A stretch of DNA of 64,000 nucleotides from Coraliomargarita sp. GTDB lineage: Bacteria; Verrucomicrobiota; Verrucomicrobiia; Opitutales; Coraliomargaritaceae. Position numbers and translations under genes: made by a program. The notes under the pieces were generated by a model. That model worked only from the letters and a program-made list of their open reading frames with translations. It was not told the origin of the DNA and did not search any database. Below are positions 54,872-64,000 of this stretch, piece by piece. How positions within the stretch are numbered: position 1 is the stretch's first letter; every line of letters begins with the position of its first letter. The stretch is taken from assembly GCA_965216325.1 (NCBI GenBank), contig OZ244160.1, forward strand, positions 896,001-960,000, given 5' to 3'.

Positions 54872-56155
54872 CTAGGCATCCGCGACTTCGCATGCGCGCA
54901 AGGCTTCGGTGATGGCCGCTTGGTCCAGGCCGATACCAATGAAAACCAGCTCCTGACGGCGATCGCCCAACTGCGGGTGCCATTTTTGCTGTAGCTTCTC
55001 GGGGACCTGGGCCGCAGTCGCATAGCCATCTTCAATCATGTCAGCCCACCATTGACCGATGAAGTCATTGCGTAGGATTTTTCCCGCAATCGAGAGCATG
55101 CCCACACGTTTAGGTTGGCGCGTTGACCAGTAAAAGCCCTTAGCGCGCACAACACCCGGAAGTCCCGATCGGAGCACTTTTAGCAACTTGGTCTCATCGA
55201 AGGATCGTCGACTATTGTAGACGAAGCTGACCAGGCCATAGTCTTTGTGCTTACTGGTTTCCTGTAGCCCGAATCCACTTTTTATTCGCTCAACAGGAGT
55301 GAAGGAGTTTAAGCTGAAGTCCAGTTTTGGAGACGGCTCTTCGGTATTCTCGGAACAACTTTCGTTGGAGAGCATGAGGTTGCGCCAATGAGATCCAGTC
55401 AGGGTGGCCTCCTCATTGAAGCGTTCAACCTCAAGCAGTGTTGCTGCGTTGATTTTTCCATGCGCACAACGCTGCACTTCTGCACGATCATTCAAACCAT
55501 ATAGATAGGCCTCGAGACGATCAGCATCGGCTACGTCTACTTGATCCGTCTTGTTGAGGAGTAGGAGGTCTGCGCATTCGATTTGCTCCAGCAGCAATTC
55601 TTCTAAGGGACGGCGCTTGTCGGCTTGTAGGAGTTGGACACGCTTTTCATGTTCAACGTCCGAGCCTGCTCCGAGATGATCGTCCAAATTGGCAGCATCC
55701 ACAAGGGTGACCAAATTCGCCACACGCAGGAAATCGACACCGCATACACCAGCCATGTTGGTGGTGTAGAGATTTTCGAGGATCGACTTTGGTTCTGCGA
55801 CTCCGGTGGCTTCGACGAGTATGTGGCTGGGCTTATATTTCAAATAGAGGTGGAGCAGGGCATCCATCAGCTCAGTCTGAATGGAGCAGCAGATACAGCC
55901 GCTTGCGAGTTCGACCATGCCGCTGATCGGGCTCTCCATTTCACTGATCGTGTTCTGCACCAAACTCGCATCGATATTTACTTCGCCGAGATCATTCACC
56001 AACACGGCGAGGTTGGCGGATTCGCCAGATGCGAGTATGTGGTTGAGCAGTGTGGTTTTGCCTGTACCCAGAAAACCGCTCAGTAAAGTGACGGGGACAC
56101 GTGCTTCAGTGGCTAGGGGTGCTTTAGGCTTCCAAGTGATAAATGCGTCTGACAT
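54872..56155 (-). CDS. COG0523/CobW-family GTPase metallochaperone
   Basis: [45 protein letters not shown] 56155 preferred. Confidence 0.95.
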   Translation of the reverse strand: MSDAFITWKPKAPLATEARVPVTLLSGFLGTGKTTLLNHILASGESANLAVLVNDLGEVNIDASLVQNTISEMESPISGMVELASGCICCSIQTELMDALLHLYLKYKPSHILVEATGVAEPKSILENLYTTNMAGVCGVDFLRVANLVTLVDAANLDDHLGAGSDVEHEKRVQLLQADKRRPLEELLLEQIECADLLLLNKTDQVDVADADRLEAYLYGLNDRAEVQRCAHGKINAATLLEVERFNEEATLTGSHWRNLMLSNESCSENTEEPSPKLDFSLNSFTPVERIKSGFGLQETSKHKDYGLVSFVYNSRRSFDETKLLKVLRSGLPGVVRAKGFYWSTRQPKRVGMLSIAGKILRNDFIGQWWADMIEDGYATAAQVPEKLQQKWHPQLGDRRQELVFIGIGLDQAAITEALRACEVADA

Positions 56156-56162
56156 GGACCAG

Positions 56163-56179
56163 ATGCAAGCGACTTGCAT
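56163..56179. promoter_or_regulatory. candidate Fur-family (Zur) operator
   Basis: perfect 7-3-7 palindrome ATGCAAG-CGA-CTTGCAT 7 nt upstream of the COG0523 start. Confidence 0.6.
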
Positions 56180-56283
56180 TAAAGAATCAAGGATCAGATA
56201 CGCTGAACTTACTTTGATGTCTTGAATAGATTGCGAAATCCGGTTGGTATAAGGACTTATCCCTACACCTACCAGTATCTATC

Positions 56284-57132
56284 ATGCTCAAAAAACTCGT
56301 ATCCTCCATGCTGAAAGCCAAGCAGACAAAGGCGATCGAAGAGGAACTGAACACCAAGCTGTTGGCTAAAGTCCCGTTTTTGGAAGGCGCTGATTATGGT
56401 TTGATCCAAGATCTCGCGGCGGCACTCGATTCACAGCGTTTTGCAGAGGGTGCAACGGTCTTTGCTGAGGGCGATGAGGCGAATAGTCTATTCCTAATCG
56501 TTGAAGGCACTGTGCAGATTCGTTCAAACGGCGAGATTATTACTGAACTGGAGCTCGGTGGTTGTTTTGGTGAAGGTGCGTTGATTGAGAAAAAAGTGCG
56601 GGGTGCCAGTGCATTGGCGACGTCTCCGACACGTCTTCTTGAGCTGAAACGCGAAGCCTTTGTCGAGTTGACCGAGAAATACGGCAAGGTACGCTTACGC
56701 CTGAAGCAACTTCATGAACGACGTCGGGCGCAGGATATCGGTAAATCCATTGAGCGAAACCTGTTGAATGACGCTCCTTTTTTGTCGGGGGCCGGAGGCG
56801 CTCTGATCAACGAATTGGCACAGTATTTGGAGCGTAAAACCTATGTGAAAGGGGATACGCTAATGGAGGAGGGCGCGGAGGGTGCGTCGCTGTTTTTAAT
56901 TGAGAAAGGCACGGTTTATGTGCTGAAGGGCGACAAGCAAGTTGCAGAGTTGGAGCCTGGTGCATGTGTCGGCGAAGGGGCACTGTTTAGTCGAAGGCCG
57001 CGTTCTGCCACTGTGACCGCAGCCAATGAAGTTACCTGTTTCGAATTGGGGAAGGGCGCCTTCGATCGCATTATCGCTCGGTATCCTGTGTTTGCTAAAA
57101 GATTGCGAGCGATTCATGAGAAGCGTTGTTAA
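56284..57132 (+). CDS. protein of two tandem cyclic-nucleotide-binding domains
   Basis: two phosphate-binding cassettes FGEGALI...RGASA and VGEGALF...RSATV; no HTH or other output domain. Confidence 0.9.
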   Translation: MLKKLVSSMLKAKQTKAIEEELNTKLLAKVPFLEGADYGLIQDLAAALDSQRFAEGATVFAEGDEANSLFLIVEGTVQIRSNGEIITELELGGCFGEGALIEKKVRGASALATSPTRLLELKREAFVELTEKYGKVRLRLKQLHERRRAQDIGKSIERNLLNDAPFLSGAGGALINELAQYLERKTYVKGDTLMEEGAEGASLFLIEKGTVYVLKGDKQVAELEPGACVGEGALFSRRPRSATVTAANEVTCFELGKGAFDRIIARYPVFAKRLRAIHEKRC

Positions 57133-57145
57133 GGTCTGCTCAAAT

Positions 57146-57173
57146 AAAGCACCTCACATTTGCGAGGCGCTTT
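57146..57173 (+). terminator. probable terminator
   Basis: AAAGCACCTC/GAGGCGCTTT stem, short T tail. Confidence 0.55.
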
Positions 57174-57520
57174 GATGCTTACTCCATGCAGTAATATCCG
57201 TGCGCGCTTACTGGTGAGTTCCTCTAAAATGGGTCCAAATGTCGGGCGATAAGTTTTATGTCGTAGCCCCAATTGGTTGATGTGTTTTGATTAACGATGA
57301 AGAAGGTGTGTCGTATTAGCATAACTGCGTTTTCCTGATGGATGTGTGAATTAATTCCTGATCGTTGACTCTTAAGCAGTTTGATGTGCCGAACACGTGC
57401 TCCGTGCTTGGTGATCGATTGGGTTTCGTGGCCGGATTTACCCGTCTAGTGTTGTCAAATGCATGCTTTCCCGTTAGATTTTATGCCACAGGCAAGTTAA
57501 TAGAAAGTGAGGGCAGGAGC

Positions 57521-58126
57521 ATGAGTCATTCAGAGAAATGGGTGTCGCTCAACCTGAGTGATGACCCGATCTGGGAGCGCACTTTTTTCGTGCATCCTTT
57601 GGTTATTATTGGAACGCTCGAGGCCGACGGTGCAGTTGATTTTGCACCGAAGCACATGGTGACGCCAATTGGTTTTGGCAACTGGTTTTGTTTTGTCTGC
57701 ACGCCCAGGCACAGCACGTATCAGAATATTCGGAGGGATCGTTGCTTTACCGTCAGCTACCCACCACCTGAGCAAGTTTTATTGTCGTCGTTGACGGCTG
57801 CACCACGGAACGAATGCTGCCAGAAGCCAAGTCTGGCTGCGGTGCCCAATCGACCCGCGACAGCCATCAAGGGGGCTGTCGTGGATGACTGTCCGCTTTA
57901 TTTGGAATGTGAACTGGAGCGTATCGTCGATGGCTTTGACTATTATTCTCTCATCGTCGGCCGGATCATTGCGGCACAGGCGAAGCCTGAGGTCTTACGT
58001 GATGCTGATCGGGATGACGAAGACCTGCTGGAGCAGAATCCATTGCTGACTTACATTGCACCAGGACGTTTTGCCCGCATTGGACACACGGATAGCTTCC
58101 CCTTCCCAAAAGGTTTCAAACGATGA
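57521..58126 (+). CDS. flavin reductase-like FMN-binding protein (DIM6/NTAB type)
   Basis: PLVIIGT...DFAP, TYQNI....FTVS, YLECEL, LIVGRI. Confidence 0.82.
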   Translation: MSHSEKWVSLNLSDDPIWERTFFVHPLVIIGTLEADGAVDFAPKHMVTPIGFGNWFCFVCTPRHSTYQNIRRDRCFTVSYPPPEQVLLSSLTAAPRNECCQKPSLAAVPNRPATAIKGAVVDDCPLYLECELERIVDGFDYYSLIVGRIIAAQAKPEVLRDADRDDEDLLEQNPLLTYIAPGRFARIGHTDSFPFPKGFKR

Positions 58127-59325
58127 GTGATTTGGTCGAGACCTTACACGCCGAAGTGCTCAGAGCTGCGGATGAGCAGCTTGATTTTCTAAAGCGCTTG
58201 GTCGTACTGGAAACACCGACTAACGAGCCACAACGTACACGGCAAAGCCTGGGGCTGTTGGCGGAGGCATTCGAGCAGATCGGGTATCAGTGCCAGCTGC
58301 TCAGTGGTTGTAATAGTGGCGGGCAACTTTATGCACGGCCGTGTGAGCGCGAACCAAGGCTAGCCAGCCAACTCTTGCTGGGCCATGTGGATACAGTTTG
58401 GCCGACCGGAACTCTTCGGGACATGCCGCTAGTGCTTGAACAGGGCTGTCTGAAAGGGCCGGGTGTGTATGACATGAAGTCTGGTCTGGGCAATATACTT
58501 TTTGCTTTGCGGGCAATTCGAGCCTTGGACTTGAAGCCTTCGCTGACTCCCGTTGTATTCATCAATACCGACGAGGAGACTGGTAGCCATGAGTCGACCG
58601 AGAAGATCTGTCGGTTAGCTCGTTTGGTTCAGCGAGCCTATGTCATGGAGCCTTCTCTCGGCCTTGCCGGCATGCTCAAGACCGCACGCAAAGGCGTGGC
58701 TAATTATACCATTACAGCCCATGGTCTCGCCGCACATGCGGGTCTGAATCCAGAGGGAGGGGCAAGCGCGATTCTGGAGCTTTCCCATGTCGTTCAGACT
58801 TTGTTTGCGCTCAATGATCATGAGCAAGGTGTTACCATTAATGTCGGACGTATTGATGGCGGCATGGGAGCGAATATTATTGCTCCAACCAGTTCCTGTG
58901 AGGTCGATGTTCGTGTGCCAACAAACAGGCAAGCGCACGAAGTTGACCGGGCGATTCATGCACTCGAGTCGACTACACCAGGTGTGCGCTTGGAGATCGA
59001 AGGCGGGTTGCGCCGCCCGCCCTTAGTGCCTACGCCCGAATCGCTGGAGCTTGCCCGCACCGCGCAGGGCTTTGCCACTCAACTTGGCTTTGACTTAGCT
59101 ACAGGCATGGCGGGCGGCGGGAGTGATGGCAATCACGCCAGCCAGTTTACTCCGACGCTCGATGGTCTGGGAGCGGTGGGCGACGGTGCACATGCCCACC
59201 ACGAATTTGTCTATGTCGATCAATTGGTCGAACGAACCGCCATGCTGGCATTACTGGTCATGGCACCCAATCAAGCTAACCATCAGGAGGGTTCATCATG
59301 CAAAGCATCGTTCGCGCGTCTCTAG
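58123..59325 (+). CDS. M20-family metallopeptidase (glutamate carboxypeptidase-like)
   Basis: GHVDTV, GPGVYDMKSG, DEETGS, AHAG, GGGSDGN, GAHAHHE. Confidence 0.93.
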   Translation: MSDLVETLHAEVLRAADEQLDFLKRLVVLETPTNEPQRTRQSLGLLAEAFEQIGYQCQLLSGCNSGGQLYARPCEREPRLASQLLLGHVDTVWPTGTLRDMPLVLEQGCLKGPGVYDMKSGLGNILFALRAIRALDLKPSLTPVVFINTDEETGSHESTEKICRLARLVQRAYVMEPSLGLAGMLKTARKGVANYTITAHGLAAHAGLNPEGGASAILELSHVVQTLFALNDHEQGVTINVGRIDGGMGANIIAPTSSCEVDVRVPTNRQAHEVDRAIHALESTTPGVRLEIEGGLRRPPLVPTPESLELARTAQGFATQLGFDLATGMAGGGSDGNHASQFTPTLDGLGAVGDGAHAHHEFVYVDQLVERTAMLALLVMAPNQANHQEGSSCKASFARL

Positions 59326-60293
59326 GCCGAATTGCACAGTTCGGCGAATTCGAAATCAAACCGGTCGAGCGTCGCAACTGGCGCTTGGCTGATTATGTCG
59401 TGGCCGAGGTCACGGATCCGCCCGGCCCAAGTAGTTGGGTCGAGGTTCGCAGTGGCCGGATGATTCAGGTCATTCAAGGGGACCGTATTCTCGGGGCCTT
59501 CGGTAATCGTCATGCCACTTTGCAACTCACAGGAAGCTGGAAGGATATCGGAGAAGATCTTCACTTTAACCTACTGACCGGCGCTGGCATCTTTGGCAAG
59601 GTGACGAGTCTCTCGGCTTATGCTGCTCCCCCAATCAAGCTGAAATACATTGGCCATGTGCATAAAGAGGGAAAGCCCTGCAATATGATGGACTACGCGG
59701 TTAAAGATACAGGGCGCAGCTTTCAGACACCGGTTCTGATGATCGTGGGCAGCTCCATGTCCGCCGGTAAAACAAACTCGGCACGGATCATCATCCGCCG
59801 CTTGAAAAAGATGAACAAACGCGTGCTGGCCGCGAAGATGACCGGCGCCGGACGTTACCGCGACGTGCTGACGATGAAGGATTCCGGTGCGGACGCGATT
59901 TATGATTTTACAGACGCTGGCTTGCCATCGACCGTCTGCAGCAAGGAGGATTACAAAGCGGCAATGCAGCCCTTGCTCTCAACCATGGCTGAAGCGGATG
60001 TCGACTTGGCAGTTATCGAAGCTGGAGCCTCGCCCTTGGAGCCTTACAATGGCGATACTGCAATCGAACTCCTAAAGTCCAATATCAGATTCACGATCCT
60101 CTGTGCATCCGATCCTTATGCTGCCTATGGTTTTATCAATGTCGGCAAAGTGAAACCCGACCTGATTAGTGGCATTACCTGCAACACCATTGCCGGCCAA
60201 GAGCTCGTGACCGAGCTGACCGGAATTCGACCGATGTGCCTAAGCGAACCGTCCTCCATACAAAAGCTGGACGATTTGCTGGCGCCTTTATGA
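59298..60293 (+). CDS. DUF1611-like P-loop protein
   Basis: GAFGNR.A, GSSMSAGKT, KMTGAGRYRD, DFTDAGLPST; family assignment from memory of motifs. Confidence 0.72.
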   Translation: MQSIVRASLGRIAQFGEFEIKPVERRNWRLADYVVAEVTDPPGPSSWVEVRSGRMIQVIQGDRILGAFGNRHATLQLTGSWKDIGEDLHFNLLTGAGIFGKVTSLSAYAAPPIKLKYIGHVHKEGKPCNMMDYAVKDTGRSFQTPVLMIVGSSMSAGKTNSARIIIRRLKKMNKRVLAAKMTGAGRYRDVLTMKDSGADAIYDFTDAGLPSTVCSKEDYKAAMQPLLSTMAEADVDLAVIEAGASPLEPYNGDTAIELLKSNIRFTILCASDPYAAYGFINVGKVKPDLISGITCNTIAGQELVTELTGIRPMCLSEPSSIQKLDDLLAPL

Positions 60294-60321
60294 ACAACGC
60301 GCTGAGTGACAGGGGCGCGGT

Positions 60322-61008
60322 TTACTGGGGTGCTGAGTTGTGAATTGCCTTCTGTAGCGGGCAGTTCTCTACATCGATTCGTGAGCCTTCACGGTAGCGC
60401 TGGAGCAGTCGCTTGGATTCTTTGGCGAGCATATGACGCACTTCGCGGCGTGCGCCTTTTTTACGTGGAATCTGCATGTGGTCGTATGCTGTCGTCTGGT
60501 GTCGTAACCAAGCGATCGTCGCTGCCTCGGCTCGCTGTTCGATTGGGATACGCTTGGTGCGGGCAACGGTTCCACTGCCAACTGGGGTCGCTTGCTGACT
60601 GATTAGCTCAGCTAAGCGTGTCGCGAGCAACTCGTAGCGTGGATGGAAATTCAAATAGGCCCCTAATGCTTGCGTGAAATCTTCGATATAGACGACTTCC
60701 TGTTGAGCACGTCGGGCGCGGCCCGCTTCCAGTTTACGTTGATAGGCCGGGCCTGCGCGCTCAATTTGCAAGGCAAGGCGTAGAGCTTCGATGCGTTCTG
60801 CCGGCGCCCAAATACCACGGGAGAATTCCTTGCGGCCTTTTTTCTCCTTAACCGTCCAGCTCGGGCCATCGGCTTTGATTCGTCGACTGAGAGCAGCGTC
60901 GCCCGGTGGTAGAAGTGACCAGCCCTCCGGAACCGCACGCAATGCACCCTGTTGGGTAAAGACATGGCGGTGTTTGGGGCTCGGGCGGACTTCAAGTGTT
61001 TGCAGCAT
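60322..61008 (-). CDS. DUF2293-like protein
   Basis: LPPGDAALSRR, SRGIWAP, PVGSGTVART, AWLRHQTT.YD. Confidence 0.8.
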   Translation of the reverse strand: MLQTLEVRPSPKHRHVFTQQGALRAVPEGWSLLPPGDAALSRRIKADGPSWTVKEKKGRKEFSRGIWAPAERIEALRLALQIERAGPAYQRKLEAGRARRAQQEVVYIEDFTQALGAYLNFHPRYELLATRLAELISQQATPVGSGTVARTKRIPIEQRAEAATIAWLRHQTTAYDHMQIPRKKGARREVRHMLAKESKRLLQRYREGSRIDVENCPLQKAIHNSAPQ

Positions 61009-61089
61009 TGTGGATAGATAGGATCGATACAGACTGCTTGTCATTACCTTTCTGAGCATCTTTCGGCTGAAAGTTTCGTAGGGCTTTGG

Positions 61090-61833
61090 ATGCTACGATC
61101 CGTATTTGACCTAGTATCTGGTCGGCCTATGCCTTTTTTGATGAATATTTTTCCTAACTTAGGCTATTTAACCGTTCTGGCCCTGTGTTGGTTGGCGCCT
61201 ATTCTAGTTTCTGGACAGGTTAATTCATCGGATAACGAGCCAGTCCCTGAAGGAGATACGGTGATCGAATTGATTGATTTGGACAGTTTTAAGGGCTGGA
61301 AAGTGCCTTCGGACTGTTGGTCAATCAAAGGTGGTGTCATCTTCGGTCGCACCGGCTCTACAGTGCTCAAAACGCCACAGTGGCTTTACACGGAACAACG
61401 CTTTGCTGATTTTGTTTTTACCTGCGAGGTCAAGTTGACGGGCGCCCGCCACCCGAACTCAGGCATCTATTACCGTGTGAATCCGATTCGATGGCAACGG
61501 GGAGAACGTTCCTTTGAGGCTGCGTCCGGCTACGAGTTCGATATTGCCCATGGCAAGTTCAATGGATCACTGGGTGACTGGTATGCACGTCCAAAGCTGC
61601 GGATCTGGCCAGATCCTGATGTGCTCTCTAGCGCTTTTAAGCAAAATGAGTGGAACCGTTTAACCATTCGAGCGCGCGGCAATCACTTGGAATATTGGAT
61701 GAATGGCACGAAGATCATCGACTATCGTGATGACGATCCAAATGGATCACGCGAAGGCTGTATCGGCCTGCAGATTCACGATAATGCGATTATGGAGGTC
61801 GCTCTACGGAGTGCGCGTATCTGTCCGCTCTGA
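61090..61833 (+). CDS. DUF1080 / 3-keto-disaccharide hydrolase-family exported protein
   Basis: FKGW, F.DF....EVK, NSGIYYR, EWN...I.A.G, G.IGLQIH; true start probably a downstream Met. Confidence 0.85.
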   Translation: MLRSVFDLVSGRPMPFLMNIFPNLGYLTVLALCWLAPILVSGQVNSSDNEPVPEGDTVIELIDLDSFKGWKVPSDCWSIKGGVIFGRTGSTVLKTPQWLYTEQRFADFVFTCEVKLTGARHPNSGIYYRVNPIRWQRGERSFEAASGYEFDIAHGKFNGSLGDWYARPKLRIWPDPDVLSSAFKQNEWNRLTIRARGNHLEYWMNGTKIIDYRDDDPNGSREGCIGLQIHDNAIMEVALRSARICPL

Positions 61834-61845
61834 TGGGGGCTTTCC

Positions 61846-62529
61846 ATGGATTTTTCGCCCACAGCTCGCTATTATCATTTGCTTGAAGACCTCTTTATTG
61901 GCTCGGCCTTGCAGCAGACTCGGGTTGCGCAGCTTAGGCAGTTGGCGCTCAATCAAGACTTAGACTGGGTGCTGATTGTGGGGGAGGGGAACGGACGTTT
62001 TCTCTGCGCGTTGTTGCAGGCGTATCCGAAGCTCAATGTCACGGTGATTGATGCCAGCGCCGCGATGCTTGAGCGCACGCGTCGACGATTGAATCGGGCA
62101 GGGCTCAGTCATCACACGGTCAGATTCGAACTTGCCGACCTGCGCTCACGGGAACTGCCGAGTGCTCATTATGGTCTGATCGTTACGCACTTCTTCTTTT
62201 CTAACTTCGGACAGTCTGATGTTGCTCAGATGATTCGCCAACTCGCTCACGCAGCCGGCCCCGATGCCCTGTGGCTATTGGGGGATTTTGTGGTCCCCGC
62301 AAATGCTGTCCTAGGGATGCGAGCAAAGTTCTGGTTGTGGGCTTTGTATCGATTCTTTAGATACACTGCGGGTGTGCCGGTGCGTCGCTTGCCTGAAGTT
62401 GAAGGAGATCTTGCCGCTGCTGGCTTTCAGGTTTGCGCAGAGAGCTTATATTGCGGCCAACTGCTGCGTAGTGCTACTTATCGAAGAGCTTCGGGTGCTC
62501 AGGTTAAATTGATAGCGGCAGTGCAATGA
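61846..62529 (+). CDS. class I SAM-dependent methyltransferase
   Basis: VLIVGEGNGRFL, IDASAAML, IVTHFF, WLLGDF. Confidence 0.85.
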   Translation: MDFSPTARYYHLLEDLFIGSALQQTRVAQLRQLALNQDLDWVLIVGEGNGRFLCALLQAYPKLNVTVIDASAAMLERTRRRLNRAGLSHHTVRFELADLRSRELPSAHYGLIVTHFFFSNFGQSDVAQMIRQLAHAAGPDALWLLGDFVVPANAVLGMRAKFWLWALYRFFRYTAGVPVRRLPEVEGDLAAAGFQVCAESLYCGQLLRSATYRRASGAQVKLIAAVQ

Positions 62530-63052
62530 AGGCTAAGGCGATCAGCAAGCCGGCCAAAAAGGCGTAGAAACTCATGCGCATCCAGCGGAATTTCGGTCGC
62601 AGTACGTCGTGGCTCAAGTGGTAGATGTCCGAAACCATGAGCTCGGTAATCGTATTGCGGCTTTCGAGTGATTCGCGCATTAGTGCCTTATAGCTGTCTT
62701 CATCGTGTTGCCAGATCCCTGAGAAGTGCAGCAAATTCGCGTTGCCCTGCATATCGATCTTATAGCGTTTTGGCATTAGGCACATTACCGCAAAAAAAAT
62801 ACTCAATGCTGCGGCCAACACAAATAGCGTAATACCCAAGCGTATCTCGGTGTTGTCATAGGCTGAGATCGCAATGGGGATTAGAAAGGCGTTAATCGTT
62901 ATCACTACCTGTGCACGCCGATCTGCCAGTGAAATATATTGCACGTGTTTCGACTGGGCACTGCTTAAGACCGATCCTCGTAACAGTGCCGGCCAGTTGC
63001 TTAGTCTTGCGGCACTAGCGGTTGGGGGTGATTCGTTGTCAGTTGGATCCAT
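62504..63052 (-). CDS. Pycsar-effector-like (DUF5706) membrane protein
   Basis: H....S.AD.RA...ITIN, two TM, P.....NLLHFSGI, DIY.L...L..KF...R.SF, C-terminal TM. Confidence 0.75.
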   Translation of the reverse strand: MDPTDNESPPTASAARLSNWPALLRGSVLSSAQSKHVQYISLADRRAQVVITINAFLIPIAISAYDNTEIRLGITLFVLAAALSIFFAVMCLMPKRYKIDMQGNANLLHFSGIWQHDEDSYKALMRESLESRNTITELMVSDIYHLSHDVLRPKFRWMRMSFYAFLAGLLIALAFIALPLSI

Positions 63053-63194
63053 TCTGCACAGCAAATCGGGCGAATAATCGCATGCAAGATTTTGTGTGCA
63101 CAGGGAATGCATACTCGGAGTTTGGCACACCCTGATCAGCTCCAATTGGTCGCACCTCGCATTTTGCTAAATACATGCTAGCTTGCGCCAACTG

Positions 63195-63890
63195 ATGTCC
63201 ATTCCTTTCGACAATACCTACGCCAAACTGCCAGCACGCTTCTATGCGGTGCAGACGCCGACGCCAGTCGCTGCACCAAGTTTGATTCTGGTCAACCACT
63301 CGCTTGCCAAGCTTCTGGGGGTCGACCCGCTCTGGCTGGAGTCCGCAGCGGGTATCGAGCTGTTGGCGGGAAATGCTGTGCCGGAGGGTGCTGCTCCGAT
63401 TGCTCAATCCTATGCTGGGCATCAGTTCGGAGGCTTTGTTCCTCAACTCGGTGATGGCCGTGCGATCCTGCTCGGTGAAGTGCTTGCCAATACAGGTCAG
63501 CGTTTCGACATTCAGCTAAAGGGCAGTGGTAAGACGCCGTTTTCACGTCGCGGCGACGGACGTTCGGCACTGGGTCCCGTCCTGCGCGAATACATGCTTA
63601 GCGAGGCGATGTATGCGCTTGGCGTGCCAACGACGCGCGCGCTTGCGGCAGTCACCACGGGCGAACGGGTCGTGCGTGAACAGTTGCAGGCTGGGGGAGT
63701 CTTCACCCGCGTGGCGAGCAGTCACCTACGGGTGGGCACGTTTCAATACTTTGCCGCGCGAGAAGACCACGAGGCACTCCGCATCCTTGCCGACACGGTG
63801 ATTGAACGACATTACCCCGAAGCGGCTGACGACGATTCGCCGATTCTCGCATTGTTGGATGGGAAGAGGATATTTAATTTCAACGTTTGA
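63195..63890 (+). pseudogene. selO: SelO/YdiU protein adenylyltransferase, C-terminally truncated
   Basis: [44 protein letters not shown]; homology stops near 63860, about half the usual length. Confidence 0.85.
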
Positions 63891-64000
63891 CCCCTTTTTG
63901 AACCGATAAAGACTTCAACTCAACGCTAGCCTCACCCGCTGGATCGCAACCGGCAGCCCACAAGATGCAAAACGCTCAGATTCCTGAGGAAGCGCTCTAG

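Noticed and set aside
50880..64000. Genomic island integrated at tRNA-Gly
   Set aside because: No integrase and no duplicated tRNA 3' end were seen in the window; gene content is mixed metabolic.

Overview
Bacterial chromosomal segment. The PEP-CTERM proteins, minor-pilin cassettes, moxR/bat operon and GTAG-type intergenic palindromes suggest Verrucomicrobiota (Opitutia/Coraliomargarita-like); this is an inference. Housekeeping and metabolic genes include tcdA, two pilT paralogs, panB, gpsA, a SET-domain protein, an acyl-ACP synthetase, divergent cysJ/cysI, typA, a beta-CASP RNase, apaG, htpG, moxR-bat, an NtrC-type regulator, three identical tRNA-Gly(GCC), mog, a COG0523 GTPase and a truncated selO. 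Two observations stand out. (1) A PilX-like pilin is split inside a hugely expanded Gly/Ser repeat loop. The missing C-terminal strands of its domain are encoded by the next gene, which has its own ribosome-binding site, Sec signal peptide and second Gly/Ser array. This could be a two-chain pilin, a recombinational switch or an assembly artefact. (2) An IS110/IS1111-type element sits in the GTAG head of a REP palindrome. Its downstream non-coding end folds into a two-loop bridge-RNA-like structure whose guide segments match the reconstructed target and donor junctions. The window also holds a 5'-truncated IS5 remnant abutting a PEP-CTERM gene that has lost its start, several REP doublets, inverted 6-, 7- and 10-mer micro-repeat elements, a candidate Zur box and an orphan Pycsar-effector-like membrane protein. 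All calls come from reading motifs by eye; no database searches were run.
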